Source: an uncultured Methylomonas sp.
GTDB lineage: Bacteria > Pseudomonadota > Gammaproteobacteria > Methylococcales > Methylomonadaceae
Assembly: GCA_964529085.1 (NCBI GenBank)
Contig: CAZGUM010000001.1
Span: 25,763-89,762, forward strand
Direction of reading: 5' to 3'
Length of the DNA: 64,000 nucleotides
The position numbers were made by a program, and so were the translations under genes. Numbering within the stretch: position 1 is the stretch's first letter; each line of letters begins with the position of its first letter. Of the stretch, positions 19,633-30,000 are shown one piece after another. Under the pieces are notes generated by a model. It made no database searches. It was given only the letters and a program-made list of their open reading frames with translations, and had not been told where the DNA came from.

Positions 19633-19986
19633 ATGTATAACGACGATAAAGATAAATTTGCCAAGTTACGCGCCCTACAATCAGGTCAATCAACCTCAGA
19701 CTCAGGCTCAGATGTTAGATTTTGGAACTATGAAAGACACGGGGACATCCTGGGAACCATTATAAGGTTTGACAGTTTTACGCATCCCCAGTTTGGAGAA
19801 CAGCATACCGTGATAGTGCAACTTGCTGACTCCAATGAGTTGGTTTCCGCCTTTCTAAGCGGCTATTTGCAAGAAGGCATGGCGCGTCATCATGCCGCTG
19901 AGGGTGACTTGGTTCTGATCCGATATTTCGGGATGCAACCCGGTGAACGGTTCAATCGTTTTCAATTGGAGATTCAAAAAGCCTAG
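19633..19986 (+). CDS. Hypothetical protein (beta-rich, possibly OB-fold)
   Basis: GD.L.G.I...GD.V.I.Y.G pattern; RBS-like GAGA; hairpin downstream. Confidence 0.55.
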   Translation: MYNDDKDKFAKLRALQSGQSTSDSGSDVRFWNYERHGDILGTIIRFDSFTHPQFGEQHTVIVQLADSNELVSAFLSGYLQEGMARHHAAEGDLVLIRYFGMQPGERFNRFQLEIQKA

Positions 19987-20019
19987 GTTGAAATCTTGTA
20001 ACTGACATTTCAACAAACT

Positions 20020-20048
20020 GGCTCTGGCTAGACCATCTAGCCAGAGCC
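20020..20048. terminator. Hairpin between convergent genes
   Basis: GGCTCTGGCTAGA-CCA-TCTAGCCAGAGCC. Confidence 0.65.
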
Positions 20049-20104
20049 TTTGATTCGGATAAGCCTTGATTGGTATCGCTGTGCGTATGAACATCTATCA
20101 TTTT

Positions 20105-20545
20105 TTAATCAACGGACGCCAGATCCTTTTCAATATCAATTCCCATGTTTTCGGAAACTTCGACAGCTGAAGAAAAGTAGGTTTTCAGAGCTTGGATCTT
20201 TTCCGATAAAATTCGAATATATTCATTCTTTTCTGAATCATGGACGCCGACCAGCTTCAGCTCCTGATGAAACGCGCTCAATGAGCGAGCTTCTTTAAAT
20301 TGTTCAACATCACGACCTGCATACATGAGGGTAACAAGCTTTTTTAAAGTTAAAATTGGTAAAGTATCCAGATATACAACCAGTGGCGTTGACACATGTT
20401 TTGCTTCGACCATATAAGCCTTTGAGGCGGGATCGCCGATGGTTATACCTAAGTCTAAACCGTGATTGTTAAGCAGTTGATCATTTTGGACTGTAGCCTC
20501 TTGGGAAAAAACTACAATCCTATCGATTAGCCGTATTAACGACAC
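20105..20545 (-). CDS. Hypothetical protein (DUF3775-like helical motif)
   Basis: GGAGG RBS; L.TLMYAGRD motif. Confidence 0.55.
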   Translation of the reverse strand: MSLIRLIDRIVVFSQEATVQNDQLLNNHGLDLGITIGDPASKAYMVEAKHVSTPLVVYLDTLPILTLKKLVTLMYAGRDVEQFKEARSLSAFHQELKLVGVHDSEKNEYIRILSEKIQALKTYFSSAVEVSENMGIDIEKDLASVD

Positions 20546-20834
20546 TATTCCCTCCGCATTGATATGAAAATTAAACTGGGTTGTATTTTACAGATGTTTT
20601 CTTGACGATTAAGAACAACACAGAAGGCAGCTTTAGCAATTAGCTAAACACCTGACCAAATACAGCCCCCTATACTCGCGTTAACAGATTACTATAAAAG
20701 TGGCTAGCCAACCAGATTGCCCAACATTCATAAGTTTAGCTATATCTTCGGCGTTTTAATCCCATTTAGAGGGATACAGCTCAACGCTTACTCATTGATG
20801 ATGACTCAAATGCCAAATTCCAGCGGTAAAATCA

Positions 20835-21236
20835 TTAGATTTTTTTGAAAGCTTTCAGAAAATTGACGGGATGTTGATGAAATTTAATGTGATCAGGCGA
20901 GTTGAGCCGCTTTTTGTTATCTGAAAACGCCGGCGTGATATAGCCCCATTCGGCGGTTCGAGAAAAGTAGATCACGTAGTCGATTTTAGCGTTCCCCCAT
21001 TTGTTCTCGACGCTGATCGAGTCATGGTTGGACTCAACGGTTTTAACCTGGATTCGGTAGTAACGGTTGTCGTCGGCGATGACCAAGTCGGTTTTTTTGC
21101 CGTGATCTATCGCCGGTACCAATACTTCCCACCCATCGCTTAACAACCACGCAGCGACCAGTTGTTCATAGGACAGCTGTTTATGAACAGCCAGCGATTC
21201 TTGTTTGATGTTTGAATTTTTAATGGGCATGAGCAT
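20835..21236 (-). CDS. Stand-alone PD-(D/E)XK endonuclease
   Basis: E...AAWL...GWEV..P......DLVI......RIQVKT. Confidence 0.75.
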   Translation of the reverse strand: MLMPIKNSNIKQESLAVHKQLSYEQLVAAWLLSDGWEVLVPAIDHGKKTDLVIADDNRYYRIQVKTVESNHDSISVENKWGNAKIDYVIYFSRTAEWGYITPAFSDNKKRLNSPDHIKFHQHPVNFLKAFKKI

Positions 21237-21491
21237 TACCTTGTTTAAGGGTTAATGCCGTATGACATCCGTTCTAAGCGGGGCCTTATGTATACGGTCC
21301 GAGGTGGCAAGTTGCCTATCCTCCCGGTAAACATCAAGTAACTGCTTTTAGGCAGTAATGAATAGCAAAGGTTGCCAAACCTAACAAATCAGGAAGTCCC
21401 CTAACTTTGTATTAATGCTAGTCGCAGCGAGCACTGACGGGTGATGAGATGAGTCTTTAGAATAATTTTCGTTGTAATATTTGTCAACTTT

Positions 21492-22781
21492 TTACCGGCA
21501 TTGCACCGTCATCAACTCCTGCCAGCTCGTCGTATAACGCTGCGAAAGCTTTTCGGCTTTGGGCTTCCAGGATTGGTCGATTTTGGTGGTGGCAATGGCA
21601 ATGCCTTTGGGAAACCGGCGGTTGATCTGATCCACGGCTTGCATTAGCTCGGGGCTTTCCTGGGTTTGCTGGCTGGCGAATACATCCAATTGTTCCGGTG
21701 CGGTTTGCGGTTGAATGTGACTCAGCTGCACACCACATTTTTGATAGCCATAGCCAGGTCGGTAAATTTCTTTGAGTAGTTGCTGCACGACGCCGGTAAT
21801 GATGCGACTGTCTTGACTGGGCTGTTGGAGTTTTTGCGTGGCGATCCGTTGATATTGGGGGTCGTGCGCGGAGAAAGGATTGGTACGGATGAAAGCTGTT
21901 ACGCAACCCGCCACCGAATGCTGGCGTCTGAGTTTTTCAGATGCGCGACTGGCGAATTCCGCCATGGCTGGTGAGAGTTCTTGTAGCGTGGTGAGCTTTC
22001 GACTGAAGCTGCGTGAACAAATGATTTGCTGCTTGTCGGGCGCAATCTCTTCCAACTCTAGGCAGGCAATGCCGTTAAGTTCCATGATGGTTCGAGCCAT
22101 GACGACGCTGAACTGTTGCTGCATGTTCTGCGGTGATTGTTGAGCTAAATCCCAAACGGTTTGAATACCGCGTTGATTGAGTTGTTTGGATAGCTGGCGA
22201 CCGATGCCCCAGACTTCATCGACCGGGACAATCTTCATCAGTTTTTCTCGCCTGGCTTGATCAGACAGATTCAGCACGCCGCCTGTTTGTTTCCACTTCT
22301 TGGCTGCGAAGTTGGCCAACTTGGCCAAGGTTTTGGTCGGTCCCATACCGACGCACACCGGAATACCGGTATAGCGCAACACTGTTCGTTTGATTTCTTG
22401 ACCGTAAGCGATGGGGTCTTGGGTGCATGGGTACAGGTCGGTGAAATCTAAAAACGCTTCATCGATGGAATAGATTTCGATGCTGGGGGCAAAGGTTTCT
22501 AAAACCGACATCACGCGGGCACTGAGGCTGGCGTAAAGGCTGTAATTCGAAGATAGCAACTGGATGTTGTGCTGCTTGACCCGCTGCTGAATCTGGAACG
22601 CCGGGACACCCATTTTCACCCCAAGGTCTTTAATTTCCTGGCTCCGACTGACGACACACCCGTCATTGTTTGATAGGACAGCTACCGGTTTACCAATCAA
22701 GTCAGGCCGAAATACCCGTTCACAGGAAACGTAAAAATTGTTGGCATCAATCAAACTGATCAAACGGCTATTGGCGGTCAT
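21492..22781 (-). CDS. umuC: Y-family DNA polymerase V subunit UmuC
   Basis: DANNFYVSCE, LSNNDGCVVSRS, YSIDEAF and C-terminal LSQRYTTSW. Confidence 0.95.
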   Translation of the reverse strand: MTANSRLISLIDANNFYVSCERVFRPDLIGKPVAVLSNNDGCVVSRSQEIKDLGVKMGVPAFQIQQRVKQHNIQLLSSNYSLYASLSARVMSVLETFAPSIEIYSIDEAFLDFTDLYPCTQDPIAYGQEIKRTVLRYTGIPVCVGMGPTKTLAKLANFAAKKWKQTGGVLNLSDQARREKLMKIVPVDEVWGIGRQLSKQLNQRGIQTVWDLAQQSPQNMQQQFSVVMARTIMELNGIACLELEEIAPDKQQIICSRSFSRKLTTLQELSPAMAEFASRASEKLRRQHSVAGCVTAFIRTNPFSAHDPQYQRIATQKLQQPSQDSRIITGVVQQLLKEIYRPGYGYQKCGVQLSHIQPQTAPEQLDVFASQQTQESPELMQAVDQINRRFPKGIAIATTKIDQSWKPKAEKLSQRYTTSWQELMTVQCR

Positions 22782-23269
22782 CAGTTGACACTATGAATGG
22801 CATAGGTCACGACGCCCCAGACCTGCATTTCACTGTTTTCAGTGAGTTCAATGGGCGGATAATCCGGATTCTCTGCGTGTAATTGCCACTGGCCGTTATC
22901 ATTCACCAGCCGCTTGACGGTAAATTCGTTATCCAAAACACACACCACAATCGAACCCGGCTGCGGTTCTAAGGCCCGATTGATCACCAAGATGTCGCCG
23001 GGCAGGATGCCGGCATTGATCATTGAGTAACCTTGAGCACGCGCAAAAAACGTAGCCGCCGGGTTTTCAATCATCAATTCGTTCAAATCCAGGTCTTTCT
23101 CGATATAGTCACCCGCCGGTGACGGGAAACCCGCCGGGATTTTGCTGATAAAGAGTGGCAATGCTAGGCGCGATAGCGGTTCTGCCGGTTTAAACAGCGT
23201 GACACGACATGGAGCATTCAGCGGGGAAGCAACATTCTGGGTAGTGATGGAAAACGGTATGGCAGGCAT
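22781..23269 (-). CDS. umuD: UmuD S24 peptidase
   Basis: PAGFPSPA cleavage site; GYSM Ser; TVKRL Lys. Confidence 0.93.
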   Translation of the reverse strand: MPAIPFSITTQNVASPLNAPCRVTLFKPAEPLSRLALPLFISKIPAGFPSPAGDYIEKDLDLNELMIENPAATFFARAQGYSMINAGILPGDILVINRALEPQPGSIVVCVLDNEFTVKRLVNDNGQWQLHAENPDYPPIELTENSEMQVWGVVTYAIHSVN

Positions 23270-23366
23270 AATGGCAATACACTGAAATCTCGGGGTGAGT
23301 AGTCTACCGCCAGATTTTATTTTGTTCTACATTTGTTCTTGCCCGAGAATTGGAGAGCATCCCTAC

Positions 23367-24029
23367 ATGTGTGGCCGCTATAGCTTGACCGCCAGCGCTG
23401 AAGACATCGTTGAGCACTTTCAACTACTGCGCTCGGTGAAATTTCAACCGAGTTACAACATTGCCCCCGGTCAGAAGATTTTGAACATCGTTGAGCTGGA
23501 CGATGGTTCGCGTAAGGCTGTGAATCTATTCTGGGGCCTCGTACCGTCCTGGGCTAAAGACAAAAAAAATAGTGCGCACCTGATCAACGCCCGTATGGAA
23601 ACCATCAGGGAAAAGCCATCGTTTCGCAGTGCGTTCAAACATCGCCGCTGTCTGATACCGGCGAACGGTTTTTACGAATGGGCGCAACGTGATGGCAGAC
23701 AGGCTTTCCATATCCATCGCACCGATCAACAACTGTTTGCTTTTGCGGGTCTTTGGGAACAATGGCAGCATGACACGGAAACCTTGTATTCCTGCACAAT
23801 CATCACCACTGCGGCCAACGAATTGATGCAGCCGATTCATGGGCGCATGCCGATGATCATTCCGCCAGCGCACTACCACGACTGGCTAAATAAAACCGCC
23901 AACGCTGACCAAACTTACGCCTTACTCTGCAACCAAGGCTACACCGATATAACTACGACAGTAGTCAGCGACTGGGTGAATAATCCAGGACATGACGATG
24001 CTCGATGTATTGAGCCAGTATTGAAATAA
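23367..24029 (+). CDS. SOS-response-associated peptidase (SRAP/YedK)
   Basis: N-terminal MCGRY (true start 23367); YNIAPGQ, INARME, GFYEW, IHGRMP. Confidence 0.92.
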   Translation: MCGRYSLTASAEDIVEHFQLLRSVKFQPSYNIAPGQKILNIVELDDGSRKAVNLFWGLVPSWAKDKKNSAHLINARMETIREKPSFRSAFKHRRCLIPANGFYEWAQRDGRQAFHIHRTDQQLFAFAGLWEQWQHDTETLYSCTIITTAANELMQPIHGRMPMIIPPAHYHDWLNKTANADQTYALLCNQGYTDITTTVVSDWVNNPGHDDARCIEPVLK

Positions 24030-24118
24030 AAAATGGCGAGCCATTTTTCCAGATTTGATACATTCCGCTCTAACAGAGACTATGCTTCTGCCAATTCAAT
24101 GCAAAATGAAATAACCAC

Positions 24119-24448
24119 TTGACCCGAGGACTGATCGTGACGAAAAGGGGAATTTTTGGTTTGCTGCTGTTAATACTGTCCGAAGCTGTCAACGCGGCGA
24201 TTGGTGGAGGGGATAATATCGATTTTGCACCACTTCCCAACGAGTTTTGCAATACCGAGGCTAAACAGAAACATAAAGACCTATTGAGACAATACCCCAA
24301 GGACGAGGGGATCATAAGGCTCAATGCGTATTTTATTGGACTTTGCCAAATGGTGGGAAATGGGGATATATCTGAACATGACGCCAGCATTTTTTGGACA
24401 GAGCAGCGTGAGGACTTACTTCGGGAACGTCGGGCTGTAAAAAAATAA
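24119..24448 (+). CDS. Small hypothetical exported protein
   Basis: Signal-peptide-like N-terminus; two Cys. Confidence 0.5.
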   Translation: MTRGLIVTKRGIFGLLLLILSEAVNAAIGGGDNIDFAPLPNEFCNTEAKQKHKDLLRQYPKDEGIIRLNAYFIGLCQMVGNGDISEHDASIFWTEQREDLLRERRAVKK

Positions 24449-24697
24449 AACCAGTTAGGTGGTCATGATTTTGAATGCTCTAGTTCGACCCATTGTCGAC
24501 TATCGCTCGATCTGGTTCAATGGCAGCTGTCTGGGCGTTACCGGTCATTATTTCTCCGTCGAATAATATCCAGAAAGGAAGGTCATATGTTTATCAAAAA
24601 ATTTATCAAATCGAAGATCGTTTTTTGTTAGACATACGGAAAGAACCTAATTCCTTAGTTATTCGGTGCGAAGCATGACCGCTTTCGAAATAAAACG

Positions 24698-25795
24698 ATG
24701 AATGATGATTTCAAAGAACTCTCGCCCAATCCTCAAAAAGGGTTGTATAGCTCCGCGCATGTAATTGCAGGCATTCCTATCCCGAAAACAAAGCGCGTGG
24801 AGCTATTCGGTCCGGATGAGTGGGAGGAATTTACTGAGGAATGGGCTTCATCTCTTGAAAGTTCATATCATTGCGTCAAGCGCTTTGCCGGTGCAGGTGA
24901 TAAAGGGCTTGACGTTGCAGGCTTTATTTCTTCGAACCAGTTCAGTGATGGATGGGACAACTACCAATGTAAATTTTACGATAAGCCTTTAACACCTACC
25001 GATATCTGGACCGAGTTCGGAAAGATTATTTACTTCACGTATTGCGGAGAATTTCCACCGCCACGGCAGTTTTACTTTGTTGCCCCGAAACAAATCGGAT
25101 CAAAACTAGGCAAGCTACTCGCCAATGCCCCGAAATTAAAAGAAGAACTCAAACTAAACTGGGAGAGATATTGCGAAGATGGCATTACATCTACAGCTAA
25201 AATAAAGCTTGAGGGCGATCTTCTTATCCATTTGGAGAGTTTTGATTTTACGATATTCGATTCCGTGTCACTTGTTCAAATGATTGAGCAACATGCCACT
25301 ACGCCTTTTCATACCGTGAGGTTTGGTGGAGGGCTTGGTACCCGTCCCGAACCTGAAATACCACCAGAAGATACGGTATCTATGGATCATCGCTACGTAA
25401 GACAGCTACTGAGCGTATATGCACAGTCCATTGGCGAGGATCAGCAATCACCCGATCTTTCCCTGCTAGAGAAAGATAACAACATACGGAACAATTTTTT
25501 AAGACAACGTGAGCACTTTTATCATGCGGAATCCTTGCGAAACTTTTCTCGCGATACAGTTCCGCCAGGTGTATTTGAAGCTCTTCAAGATGATATTTTT
25601 GATGGAGTAGTGGATGTATGTGAGTCCTCGCATAACTGTGGCATGGATCGTTTAAATGCAACAATGAGCCAAGCTGCGAATGTTACCGTTGATGCAAACC
25701 CGCTCGCCAGTGTCACCCGTACGCGGGACAAACAAGGAATGTGCCACCAACTTGTGAATGACAGCCGACTGAATTGGAGTGACCACGATGAGTAA
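24698..25795 (+). CDS. lmuA: Lamassu effector LmuA (PD-(D/E)XK nuclease plus ABC-3C C-terminal domain)
   Basis: WEEF..EW, GAGDKGLDV, YQCKFY nuclease core; C-terminal KQGMCHQLVND..L.W. Confidence 0.82.
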   Translation: MNDDFKELSPNPQKGLYSSAHVIAGIPIPKTKRVELFGPDEWEEFTEEWASSLESSYHCVKRFAGAGDKGLDVAGFISSNQFSDGWDNYQCKFYDKPLTPTDIWTEFGKIIYFTYCGEFPPPRQFYFVAPKQIGSKLGKLLANAPKLKEELKLNWERYCEDGITSTAKIKLEGDLLIHLESFDFTIFDSVSLVQMIEQHATTPFHTVRFGGGLGTRPEPEIPPEDTVSMDHRYVRQLLSVYAQSIGEDQQSPDLSLLEKDNNIRNNFLRQREHFYHAESLRNFSRDTVPPGVFEALQDDIFDGVVDVCESSHNCGMDRLNATMSQAANVTVDANPLASVTRTRDKQGMCHQLVNDSRLNWSDHDE

Positions 25796-26282
25796 AGAGC
25801 GTCAACCAAATGTCACTGTATTTAACAGCGCACTTGAGACCGGTGTTCGCTCACTAGTCATCCTTGCAGCTAATTTTCCCGTTGCTTTGGATTTGCAGCG
25901 TCTTGTTGATTTTGATTATCTGGTTGTTCATTCAGGCGATGTTAATGGCCCCGAAAGTCTCCACCCACCTCTTCCTATGAGAGAAGGCGAGCTTCTGGTT
26001 AGACGTAAAATTATTGAGTCGGGAATTTCATTAATGATGAGCCGTGGGCTTGTCACCAGAATAGTCGGAGCGGAAGGGATTGTTTATCAGGCAAGTGACT
26101 ATGCCAAGCCATTCGTCGATTCAATGGCTACCCCGTATATGCGCTCATTGATAGATAGAGCAAATTGGGTCGGCGAGACTTTTGGGAATATGGGCACTAC
26201 AGAGCTTCATAATTTGATCAGCAGCTTTTTTGATAAATGGACTACCCAATTTCATGCATCACAAGGCTTAGGTGGCGGTTAA
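25779..26282 (+). CDS. lmuC: Lamassu LmuC / ABC-3C middle component
   Basis: FNSALETGVRSL...DYLVVHSGD..GPESLHP; overlaps both neighbours. Confidence 0.82.
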   Translation: MTTMSKERQPNVTVFNSALETGVRSLVILAANFPVALDLQRLVDFDYLVVHSGDVNGPESLHPPLPMREGELLVRRKIIESGISLMMSRGLVTRIVGAEGIVYQASDYAKPFVDSMATPYMRSLIDRANWVGETFGNMGTTELHNLISSFFDKWTTQFHASQGLGGG

Positions 26283-28143
26283 CCAGATGACTGAGACAAT
26301 TCAAATAAGGAGCATAAGCTTTCTGGGCACTAGAGTTGCCCCCGCTTTGATTGGTTTCGACCAAAGCTTAAGCGTTATATGTGGTGCATCCGATACCGGA
26401 AAATCCTTCCTTGTCGAGGCCATTGACTTCCTTCTTGGAGGAAAGGAACTACGAGGAATTCCAGAGCTGGACGGATACGACAAAGCCCGCATTGCTATCG
26501 AATCTTCAGAAAAAGGGCTCTGGACATTTGAACGCAGTATAGAAGGTGGTAACTACCGGATATTTGAAGGGAATATTGAAGCTGCGACTGACGCTAAGCA
26601 AAGCGGCACGATGAAGATGAAGCACGCAGCAGTCCGGGAGGATAATATTTCCGGTTGGCTCCTTGGTGCTATAAATTTGCTAAGCAAATATGTGAGAAAG
26701 AATGCGAGCGGAGATTGCCGGTCACTAAGTTTCCGTGATATCGCTCGACTGATCATTGTTAATGAGCAGGAAATAATCCGTCAGGATTCTCCGTTTTTAA
26801 CTGGTCAGTATATTTCTAAAACTTCCGAAAAATCCACCTTGAAGCTCATGCTTACGGGCGCGGATGATAGCGCCATAGTGCCCGCAGATGCACGCAAGCA
26901 ATCGGAGTCAAATGATCAAGCAAAAGCCGAACTTCTCGAACAATGGATTGCTGATGTAGAGGACGAGATTACCGAACACGGTTTTGGGCGTGAAGAGTTG
27001 GAAGAACAACTCGAAAAACTTGAGAAATCCCTTTCATCCAGTAGAGAACAGCTGCAACTGGCTCAGTCTCAGCTCAATGAGATGACAACCCAAAGACGGG
27101 AAATTGTGAAAACACGCGAGGCGATCAAGGACAGGATAGATGACATATCCAACATGTTGGGGCGCTTCGGTTTGCTAAAGGCCCAATATGTAACAGACTT
27201 GCATCGACTGATGGCTATTGAAGAATCCGGCTCACTTTTTGTGCACCATGAACGAGTGCCTTGCCCGCTTTGTGGCGCTTCACCTGAAGCTCAACATAGT
27301 AGCGAAGAATGCGATGGTGATGTTGAGTCAATTGTCATTGCTGCAGCAGCAGAGATGGAAAAGATCAAGAGACTGGCAAGTGATCTTGATTCTACAATTA
27401 ATGCGTTGCATAACGAGTCAGCCCGTCTATCAGAAGACCTCGTTAGGATTGAAGGCCAATTTAGCGGCGTGGATGATGAGATAAAAAGCGCTATTGCTCC
27501 CGAGTTGTCAGATGCCCAATATAGCTACACCGAGTTTGTTGATAAACGTAGCAAAGTTGTATCTCTCCTTTCGATCTTCACCAGATTAGACAAGCTTCTT
27601 GTACAAAGGAACGAATTATTCGGAGATGAACAGGAATCGGAAGGTGGTGATCAAAGAGTTACGACAAAGTTATCTCCGCAAGTTTTACATGATTTTTCCA
27701 AAACGGTAGAAAGAATACTTGAGGCTTGGGACTTTCCTGATACGGGCAGTGTTCATTTTGATGAAACATCCATGGATTTTGTTATTAATGGCAAGCTTCG
27801 TGGTAATAGGGGTAAAGGTCTCAGAGCAATAACACACGCTGCCGTCACTTTAGGGCTACTCGAATTTTGTAGAGAACGCTTTCTCCCGCATCCGGGGTTT
27901 GTTGTGCTTGATTCACCCTTGCTGGCCTACTATAAGCCGGAAGGAGAAGGCGACAGCCTGCAGGGCTCGGCGCTTAAGCAAAAGTTCTATAAATATCTGA
28001 TCGAAGAACATTCCGACAGCCAGGTCATTATTGTCGAAAACGAACATCCACCAGAGGCTTTTGAAGGCCAGCTCGGACTGACGGTATTTACGAAGAACCC
28101 TCAACATGGTCGTTTCGGCCTCTTTCCTGTGAAAAAAAGCTAG
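26272..28143 (+). CDS. lmuB: Lamassu LmuB SMC-like ABC ATPase
   Basis: Walker A GASDTGKS; coiled coils with central CPLCG hook; GKG signature; Walker B VVLDSP; IIVEN. Confidence 0.85.
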   Translation: MAVNQMTETIQIRSISFLGTRVAPALIGFDQSLSVICGASDTGKSFLVEAIDFLLGGKELRGIPELDGYDKARIAIESSEKGLWTFERSIEGGNYRIFEGNIEAATDAKQSGTMKMKHAAVREDNISGWLLGAINLLSKYVRKNASGDCRSLSFRDIARLIIVNEQEIIRQDSPFLTGQYISKTSEKSTLKLMLTGADDSAIVPADARKQSESNDQAKAELLEQWIADVEDEITEHGFGREELEEQLEKLEKSLSSSREQLQLAQSQLNEMTTQRREIVKTREAIKDRIDDISNMLGRFGLLKAQYVTDLHRLMAIEESGSLFVHHERVPCPLCGASPEAQHSSEECDGDVESIVIAAAAEMEKIKRLASDLDSTINALHNESARLSEDLVRIEGQFSGVDDEIKSAIAPELSDAQYSYTEFVDKRSKVVSLLSIFTRLDKLLVQRNELFGDEQESEGGDQRVTTKLSPQVLHDFSKTVERILEAWDFPDTGSVHFDETSMDFVINGKLRGNRGKGLRAITHAAVTLGLLEFCRERFLPHPGFVVLDSPLLAYYKPEGEGDSLQGSALKQKFYKYLIEEHSDSQVIIVENEHPPEAFEGQLGLTVFTKNPQHGRFGLFPVKKS

Positions 28144-28301
28144 GTGCACAGGCAAGTAAAAGGAGTTCCTTCACTAGCCAAGGTTTAAATGATAAGACCT
28201 CGAAATAAATATTTAACAAGAGGCAATGAGAATATCGCAGTCTCACATTTTTCCTGAAACATCCGCCTAGCCCGCCTTTTGACTGTCAGCAGCAAGGGCC
28301 T

Positions 28302-28365
28302 TAGGATGCGCTGAACAGCGTGAAGCGCATCGTTCGCGATTATGCGGTTCGTAAACTCACCGTAC
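28302..28365. repeat. REP-like palindromic element
   Basis: TAGGATGCGCTGAAC...GAAGCGCATC followed by a degenerate partner ATGCGGTTCGTAAACTCACCG. Confidence 0.5.
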
Positions 28366-28408
28366 GGCTGCTTTGGATGAATAGTTGCCAATTGCGCTTT
28401 ATTCCGTC

Positions 28409-28462
28409 TGACTGGTTATAGCCGTACGTGCTCTGTCAGAACTGAAGGAGCAAAACCGACCC
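28409..28462 (+). repeat. 54-nt direct repeat, copy 1 (left of the conflict cassette)
   Basis: 42/54 ungapped identity to 40964-41017; internal TGCTC...GAGCA hairpin. Confidence 0.75.
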
Positions 28463-28695
28463 ACAAGAGTCATTCAGCTTCGAATCGTAATTTTCCGCAT
28501 AACGGACGTTCGGAGAAAGAAAAATAGCTTTCAAACCGCGAGAAAATTGGATATGAACTGAAAAAGTGAATGTGAGAAAATCAAGCATTAAAATATCCTC
28601 TAGCTTCAGAATTTTTCTAGTCTAAGTGCAGACGGGCCAATTATTTCAATTACAAATTTACTGTATTCAAAACCTCAAATTGAAATATTGATGCA

Positions 28696-30000
28696 ATGAC
28701 GGCATTCAAACTTTTTATCAGCCACAGCTCCAGACTGGATGATCCTGAGATCAGCAATGATCCAGATCAAAATCCGAATCTCAAGCTGTTGCTCGAAGTA
28801 ATTCAGGACATCAAAAGCGAATACGGCGATGCGATTAAAATTCTGGTCGATAAAGATGAGCAAGGACTTCCTGCAGGACATGATTGGGAAAAACGCCTAA
28901 ATGAATGGCTGGCGGAATGCCATGCCGCAGTTATTTTATTTTCAAAGAGGGCAATTGAAAACTCCAATTGGGTAAAGAAAGAAGCCACTATTCTGAGTTG
29001 GCGGCGTGAACTGGACAAAAACTTTCTCTTGATCCCAGTGTTACTGCAAGGGCAAACCACGCCCGAAGATTTGGAAGAAGATTTGTTTGGCACCCTTAGA
29101 ATTAGTAAGGATCAGTGCATCCGCGACGTCAACACCAGCCAGGAAATATTAATTGGTATTAAAAACGCCTTGGGTGATAAAGAAATCCTGCAAACCAAAA
29201 TCAGGCAGACGCCTTTCGATAAGTTACGGGCAGTGGTCGCCAAGTTGCTCGCCGAAAACTCGGACAGCGCCACCCTAATAGATGCCTGGGACGAGCTTAG
29301 TGATGTGGATAAACCACATTGGGATCCGAATACCTCAAACCAATTTTCTCACGCATTGACTCGTTATTTGCTTCGGGACAATACGTATTCGCTGAACAAC
29401 TTTACCACTGTTTTGAACAAAATCCGACCAAAAGTCAAACAGGATAACGCCAAAGAAATCTTCGAATATGTCAGGTCGCTGTGGGTGGATGCTAAGGCCG
29501 CAGGCTGCATTCCCCAAAGTAAGACGCATCAGAAATTCTTGGCGCAAAATGGCAACCATTTGCCAAATTTCACCTTTAATCGTTATACCGAACGCGCTTG
29601 GCCGATGGATAGCAACTACAAAGTGGTTTCTACCTCAAGCACCGAGGAGAAAACGCTGTTTGAACAGATACGCGCCGAATTTAAAGGGTCCCAGAGAATC
29701 GTACTTTCGCCAGAACAATGCGACGAGAAAATTAACGGTTATCTAAGACAAATTGTCATCTATATACCTGCTAAAACCCAGGATGGTGGCGGCCTGTTAG
29801 ATGATCATTTGTTAAGAGCATCACTTAGAAAAAAATACCCCAAGGCTATTTTTATTTTAGGAACAGGTGAGCAATTGCCAGAAGTCGTGGCGGACGACAT
29901 CGCAAAAGTCGAGCCGTCTTTGGATGTGCAACTAGAGTTTGATCAAATGATTGTTGAAGACAATGCCGCAGAATTCCTAAAGGATTTTTATGACAACTGA
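28696..30000 (+). CDS. TIR-domain protein; first gene of the MoxR-vWA ternary conflict system
   Basis: LFISHSS...ECHAAVILFS...SNWVKKEA (TIR with Glu retained); uncharacterised C-terminal domain; overlaps the MoxR gene. Confidence 0.8.
   Translation: MTAFKLFISHSSRLDDPEISNDPDQNPNLKLLLEVIQDIKSEYGDAIKILVDKDEQGLPAGHDWEKRLNEWLAECHAAVILFSKRAIENSNWVKKEATILSWRRELDKNFLLIPVLLQGQTTPEDLEEDLFGTLRISKDQCIRDVNTSQEILIGIKNALGDKEILQTKIRQTPFDKLRAVVAKLLAENSDSATLIDAWDELSDVDKPHWDPNTSNQFSHALTRYLLRDNTYSLNNFTTVLNKIRPKVKQDNAKEIFEYVRSLWVDAKAAGCIPQSKTHQKFLAQNGNHLPNFTFNRYTERAWPMDSNYKVVSTSSTEEKTLFEQIRAEFKGSQRIVLSPEQCDEKINGYLRQIVIYIPAKTQDGGGLLDDHLLRASLRKKYPKAIFILGTGEQLPEVVADDIAKVEPSLDVQLEFDQMIVEDNAAEFLKDFYDN

Noticed and set aside
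28457-28464. CGACCCAC matches the tRNA-Lys 3' end, so a possible attR
   Set aside because: Only 8 nt, part of a different repeat, and island-type genes continue beyond it
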